From an uncultured Chloroflexia bacterium (GTDB lineage: Bacteria; Chloroflexota; Limnocylindria; Limnocylindrales; CSP1-4): 64,000 nucleotides of DNA. The notes under the pieces are model-generated. The model searched no databases, was not told the origin of the DNA, and worked only from the letters and a program-made list of their open reading frames with translations. The translations under genes and the position numbers were made by a program. Positions 60,536-64,000 of this stretch are shown here, one piece after another (the first letter of the stretch is position 1; each line of letters starts with the position of its first letter). The stretch covers positions 192,001 through 256,000 of the forward strand of contig CAWHXD010000008.1 of assembly GCA_963833225.1 (NCBI GenBank), written 5' to 3'.

Positions 60536-61138
60536 CGGGACGGGTGCCGCCCGGGTCCCGTCCGCCGGCCAGGACCCCGCGGTCGCCGGATCGGCCGGCA
60601 GGAGCTCAACGCCCAGCGCCGCGAGCGTCGCTCCCAGGAGCCGGGCGATGATCCGCCCCGATCCGCGGCCCCGCCCGCCCAGGCGCCGGAGGGCGATCCA
60701 GAAGCTCGTCAACGCAGCGCCGACGAGGATCACCGGGGATGCGGGCGCTCCCCCGTCGACCGGGTCCAGCGTGGCTGGCGCATCGGTCTCCGGCGCGCCA
60801 CCGACCGTGAACGTCGCCTGTGCGGCGCACTCCGGATGGCCGCGAACCTCGGCCCGTGCCCGCCACCGACCACGGTCGGCCTCGGTCGTCCTGATCGCGT
60901 ACCGGACGAACCCACTCCCTCGCAGGTAGACCGTCCTCACCAGCCGGCCATCCTGGTACAGGCTGAGGTCGCTCGCCGCACCGAGGTTCGTCCTGAACAC
61001 GAACGTCGTGCCCGGGGGACCCCACGAGGGCGAGATCGTGGCCACACCGCCGCAGTGATCGGCCGAGACCGTCGACGGGATGCCGAGGGCAACCGTGGCC
61101 AGGAACGACAGGAATCCGATGCCACGTGCCAGCCGCAT
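60443..61138 (-). CDS. hypothetical secreted / surface-anchored protein
   Basis: Signal-peptide-like MRLARGIGFLSFLATVALGIPSTVSA, small beta-rich domain with two Cys, APETD followed by a hydrophobic helix and basic residues; 3' end uncertain (93-nt overlap with the convergent gene). Confidence 0.55.
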   Translation of the reverse strand: MRLARGIGFLSFLATVALGIPSTVSADHCGGVATISPSWGPPGTTFVFRTNLGAASDLSLYQDGRLVRTVYLRGSGFVRYAIRTTEADRGRWRARAEVRGHPECAAQATFTVGGAPETDAPATLDPVDGGAPASPVILVGAALTSFWIALRRLGGRGRGSGRIIARLLGATLAALGVELLPADPATAGSWPADGTRAAPVPSATPEEAPFLLLLRISIGRRRGGERTTEDG

Positions 61139-61178
61139 CGCGATCAACCTCGGGCGTTGGGGTGGACCAATGCTGGTG

Positions 61179-61234
61179 TGACCCGCTGGGGCGTCCCGAT
61201 GTGACCTCGGGGCGTCCCGGCATGACCTCGGGGC
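61179..61234. repeat. three phased direct repeats TGACCTCGGGGCGTCCCG
   Basis: Copies start at 61179 (variant), 61202 and 61223 (partial); spacing 23 and 21 bp. Confidence 0.7.
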
Positions 61235-61339
61235 CTAAGCCTGGTCGCGTGTCGCCGTTCGTGCTGATAGGTTCTGCGTCCGGCCCTGGGTGAGCATCGC
61301 CATGGCAGGGCGGCCGCCGGACCCGACCAGTCGAGCCGG

Positions 61340-61505
61340 CGTGGACTCTCAGTCCACGATTCCGCCGGCCGGGCTCCCCTGGCGGCGAATCCGTGGACTG
61401 GCAGGCAACGGGTTCGCCCGCGCCCCTGGATTCGCGGACTCACGGGCCACGTCAGCGCCACCTGGGCGGTGTCGGCGGCGAATCCGTGGACTGGCAGGCA
61501 ACGGG
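61340..61505. repeat. REP/BIME-like cluster: two exact 32-bp direct repeats plus an inverted partial copy
   Basis: GGCGGCGAATCCGTGGACTGGCAGGCAACGGG at 61381-61412 and 61474-61505; hairpin GTGGACT-CTC-AGTCCAC at 61341-61357. Confidence 0.75.
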
Positions 61506-61694
61506 GCGCGCTTCGAGCGATGAGCCGGGCTGGCGATGAGGGTCTTCCGCGTGCCGTGCGCGGGCTGAAGATCAGGCGCCAGGACGGCGCGCTGTCACAC
61601 CACGTGCTGCGACTTGACCAAGTCTGTCTAGATCCCGGCGCGCGGAGCTCAGCGATGCCGGCCGGGGCGCCAATCCGCCGATCGGCGGCTGGAC

Positions 61695-62378
61695 CTACTG
61701 CTTGGCGGAGTCGTCCATCGTGCGAGCGATCCTGTCCGCGGTCCGCCGCGATGACTCGTACCAGCCCTGGGTGATCTTGCTCGCGGTGCCCTGGCCGCCG
61801 AGGCCGAAGGCCAGCCCGATCGCGATGGCGAACGCGGCCACGATACCGGTGTAGAGCGTGATGATGAACTCGCTCGCGACCCCGACCTGATTGATGGCGA
61901 TCATGACGGCGAACACGACGACGGCCACCTCGACGATCCGGCCGAGGAAGCGGGCGTTCGTGAATCCGGCCTGGCCCGCGCCGACCTCGATGATGCTGCG
62001 CAGGAACTTCGCGATGACCGGGGCGACGAGCAGGATGATCGCGGCGACGATGAGGTTCGGCAGCCACAGGATGATCACGTTCACGAGGGTGCTCACCTCG
62101 GCGAGGCCGAGCACGGTCGCGGCCAGCACGAGCGTGGCGAGCCGCACGAGCCACATGACGATCTGGCCGGACGCTTCGCTCGGGACGACCTGCTGACCAC
62201 CATGCTCGGAGAAGAGGCGGTCCGCGGCCGTACGCCTGATGATCGCGGCCGTCGCGCGACCGGCGATGCCGGCGACGATCCAGCCGATGATGAGGACGAG
62301 GAGGGCGCCAAGCAACGCCGGGATGGCGAGTCCGATGCGGTCGAGCGCCGATCGCACTGCGCTGTCGAGCTGATCCAC
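61695..62378 (-). CDS. TM-helix repeat membrane protein (CmpX / MscS-associated family)
   Basis: IPALLGALLVLIIGWIVA, WLPNLIVAAIILL, AIGLAFGLGG; GTG start with AAGGGAG SD. Confidence 0.8.
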   Translation of the reverse strand: MDQLDSAVRSALDRIGLAIPALLGALLVLIIGWIVAGIAGRATAAIIRRTAADRLFSEHGGQQVVPSEASGQIVMWLVRLATLVLAATVLGLAEVSTLVNVIILWLPNLIVAAIILLVAPVIAKFLRSIIEVGAGQAGFTNARFLGRIVEVAVVVFAVMIAINQVGVASEFIITLYTGIVAAFAIAIGLAFGLGGQGTASKITQGWYESSRRTADRIARTMDDSAKQ

Positions 62379-62545
62379 GAGGTAGCTCCCTTCACTGGCG
62401 GCCGGCGAACGGGTCTGCGTCGGCGCGGTCTGGGCAGCGCGCATGTCCTGCCCATCCGGGCGGGAGCTGGCGTCGAAGGGACGCGCACGCTCTGGCAAGG
62501 ATGCCACCGTGAGGACGCGATGTCACGTTTGCGGGTGGCTTCGAT

Positions 62546-62632
62546 TGGTGCCGAGGCCGGGATTTGAACCCGGACGGGGTTGCCCCCAGCGGTGTTTAAG
62601 ACCGCCGCGTCTGCCGGTTCCGCCACCTCGGC
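62546..62632 (-). tRNA. tRNA-Leu(UAA)
   Basis: GCCGAGG acceptor stem, anticodon arm GCGGT-CTTAAAC-ACCGC, long variable arm GGGG-GCAA-CCCC, T loop GGTTCAAATCC, encoded CCA; TACGAT -10 at 62653-62658. Confidence 0.96.
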
Positions 62633-62699
62633 GTGGCCGCGCCACTCCCAGCATCGTACCGGCTACCGCGGGCGGGGCGGCGAGCGATCGGCAAGCAAC

Positions 62700-63057
62700 T
62701 GGTCCGGGGGCAGCGGTAGACATCGTCCGGGACCGGCCGGTCCTGGCGGGTCAGGCGGCCGTACTCGAGGCGCACGGGCCGGTCCAGTTGCTGCACCTCG
62801 ACCTCCTCATCGGCGGTCTCGAAGGAGAGCCCGCAGGCATTGCAGTGCCGGGCGTTGACGAACGGCCCGAGGCAGCCCCCGATCACCGCTTCCCCGGCGG
62901 CCAGTTCCGCCTCGACTTCGTCACTGAAGAGATGCGGCCCGCACGGGATGCGGGCGACGCTCTCTGAGCCGCAGGCCGGGCAGGGCTCCGTGCGCCCGAG
63001 CGGGGTTGGGCCGACTTGCCTTGGGCGACCGACGCCAGGTCGCGCGCCCGTCTGCAA
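62700..63057 (-). CDS. small Cys-rich (zinc-ribbon-like) hypothetical protein, boundaries uncertain
   Basis: CPACG...RI...GEAVIGGC...CNACG pattern; the frame has no stop until inside the tRNA (62596), so the 3' end is doubtful. Confidence 0.45.
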
Positions 63058-63139
63058 GGGTCCTATGCTCGGTCCATCGGCTCCTCGGGCTCAGGGTGGG
63101 TACCCTCCGCCCTGACAGGTGACGGTTGGGAGGACTTGA

Positions 63140-63580
63140 ATGGGGATGGGACATCGTCTAGTCGCCCTCGCCATTGCACTGCTGCTGGCAGCGTGCAGCG
63201 GCCAGGGCCCCGCGCAGACAGCCGGCTCCCCCGGCCCGACGGGTTCAGCTTCGCCCTCTGGTCCGGCCACATCCGCAGGCTCGGCTGGTGACCTCGACGC
63301 GGCGATCTCGGGACTCGGACTGCCAACGGCATCGGGGCTAACTATCACCGCTGCAGACGTGCGGACCAACGGCGACTGGTCCGCCATCACGGCAGGACCA
63401 TCGACGAACGATCCGGCCCACCCTGTGGCCCCGTTCACGATGGTGATCGGGCACCGCGTCAACGGAGTTTGGCAACTCGTGAGCGAGCGCGATGGGGCAG
63501 CGTTCTGCGCCGCGCTGGATGCCGCGCCGACCGATCTCGGGACCGCCAGCATGCGTGCCTACTACGGGGGGTGCCAGTAG
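63140..63580 (+). CDS. putative lipoprotein
   Basis: SD GGAGGA, hydrophobic signal with lipobox LLAAC, Ser/Pro/Gly linker, C-terminal Cys pair. Confidence 0.75.
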   Translation: MGMGHRLVALAIALLLAACSGQGPAQTAGSPGPTGSASPSGPATSAGSAGDLDAAISGLGLPTASGLTITAADVRTNGDWSAITAGPSTNDPAHPVAPFTMVIGHRVNGVWQLVSERDGAAFCAALDAAPTDLGTASMRAYYGGCQ

Positions 63581-64000
63581 TGCGTCGCTCCCAGCTCGCC
63601 CTCGCAGTCGTGGTCGCCCTCGCCGCCCAGCCGCTCATCGCAACTCAGAGCGGGGCTGCCGCACCCTACCTCCTGCCCGTCCCGGCAGGGACGGAGGTGT
63701 TGGTGTTCCAGGGGAACAGCAGCGCCTTCAGCCACACGGCGGGATCCAAGGCCCAATACGCCTGGGACTTCACCGTTGGGGCGACCCAATTCCCGGTCGT
63801 TGCGGCGCGGGCTGGCACGGTCATCGGCATGCGGTCGGACTCGACGGCCTCGTGCGACAACGACAGTTGCTGGACGGAGGCCAACTTCGTCCTCATCGAC
63901 CACGGCGATGACAAGACATCGGCGCTCTACCTCCACCTCAAGACCGGTTCCGTCGTGGTGAAGGTCGGCCAAGCCGTCGCGCAGGGGACGCTCCTCGGGA
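63580..64000 (+). CDS. secreted M23 family metallopeptidase (runs off the window end)
   Basis: My translation from GTG 63580: signal peptide, SH....YAWDF, PVVAARAGTV, NFVLIDHGD, YLHL, VKVGQAVAQG. Confidence 0.85.
   Translation, partial: MRRSQLALAVVVALAAQPLIATQSGAAAPYLLPVPAGTEVLVFQGNSSAFSHTAGSKAQYAWDFTVGATQFPVVAARAGTVIGMRSDSTASCDNDSCWTEANFVLIDHGDDKTSALYLHLKTGSVVVKVGQAVAQGTLLG

Noticed and set aside
61381-61505. Possible mini CRISPR array
   Set aside because: Only two repeats, a 61-nt spacer that itself contains repeat-like sequence, no AT-rich leader and no cas genes in the window.
60540-62545. Integrative element at the tRNA-Leu 3' end
   Set aside because: No integrase and no duplicated tRNA 3' end (att site) were seen in the window.

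Overview
High-GC (roughly 70% or more by eye) bacterial core-genome window. Gene order and protein features suggest a monoderm Terrabacteria lineage, most likely Chloroflexota (inference, not database-checked). About 52 kb is one almost entirely minus-strand housekeeping supercluster that resembles a condensed Bacillus-type region: ileS-lspA-rluD-gmk-priA-def-fmt-rlmN-rpe-dtd-(rpmB)-asp23-fakA-recG-rsmD-coaD-yceD-rpmF-plsX-asp23-nusB-acpP-rnc-smc-ftsY-ffh-rpsP-khpA-rimM-trmD-rplS-rnhB-yraN-rpsB-tsf-pyrH-frr-uppS-cdsA-dxr-rseP-ispG-nusA-ylxR-infB-rbfA-nrnA. To its right are an LCP protein, ilvE, a TauE/DUF1634/cation-exchanger trio, rpsF-ssb-rpsR, an orphan CpaE-like protein, repeats, tRNA-Leu(UAA) and the start of an accessory region (lipoprotein plus M23 peptidase). 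At least 14 apparent single-base frameshifts (ispG, a DUF3352-like gene, smc, priA, ileS) point to long-read indel errors. No CRISPR array, integrase, transposase or defence system was found, and I found no clear multi-gene novel system. The best leads are: a natural GVHH-motif IleRS (predicted mupirocin hyper-resistance); a bldA-like tRNA-Leu(UAA) in TTA-poor DNA; a rimP-type leader kept without rimP; promoters embedded in genes at rare CTA codons; several likely leaderless genes; a CTG start; a divergent L28; long repeat tails on S2, NusA and RbfA; and two structured intergenic repeat elements.
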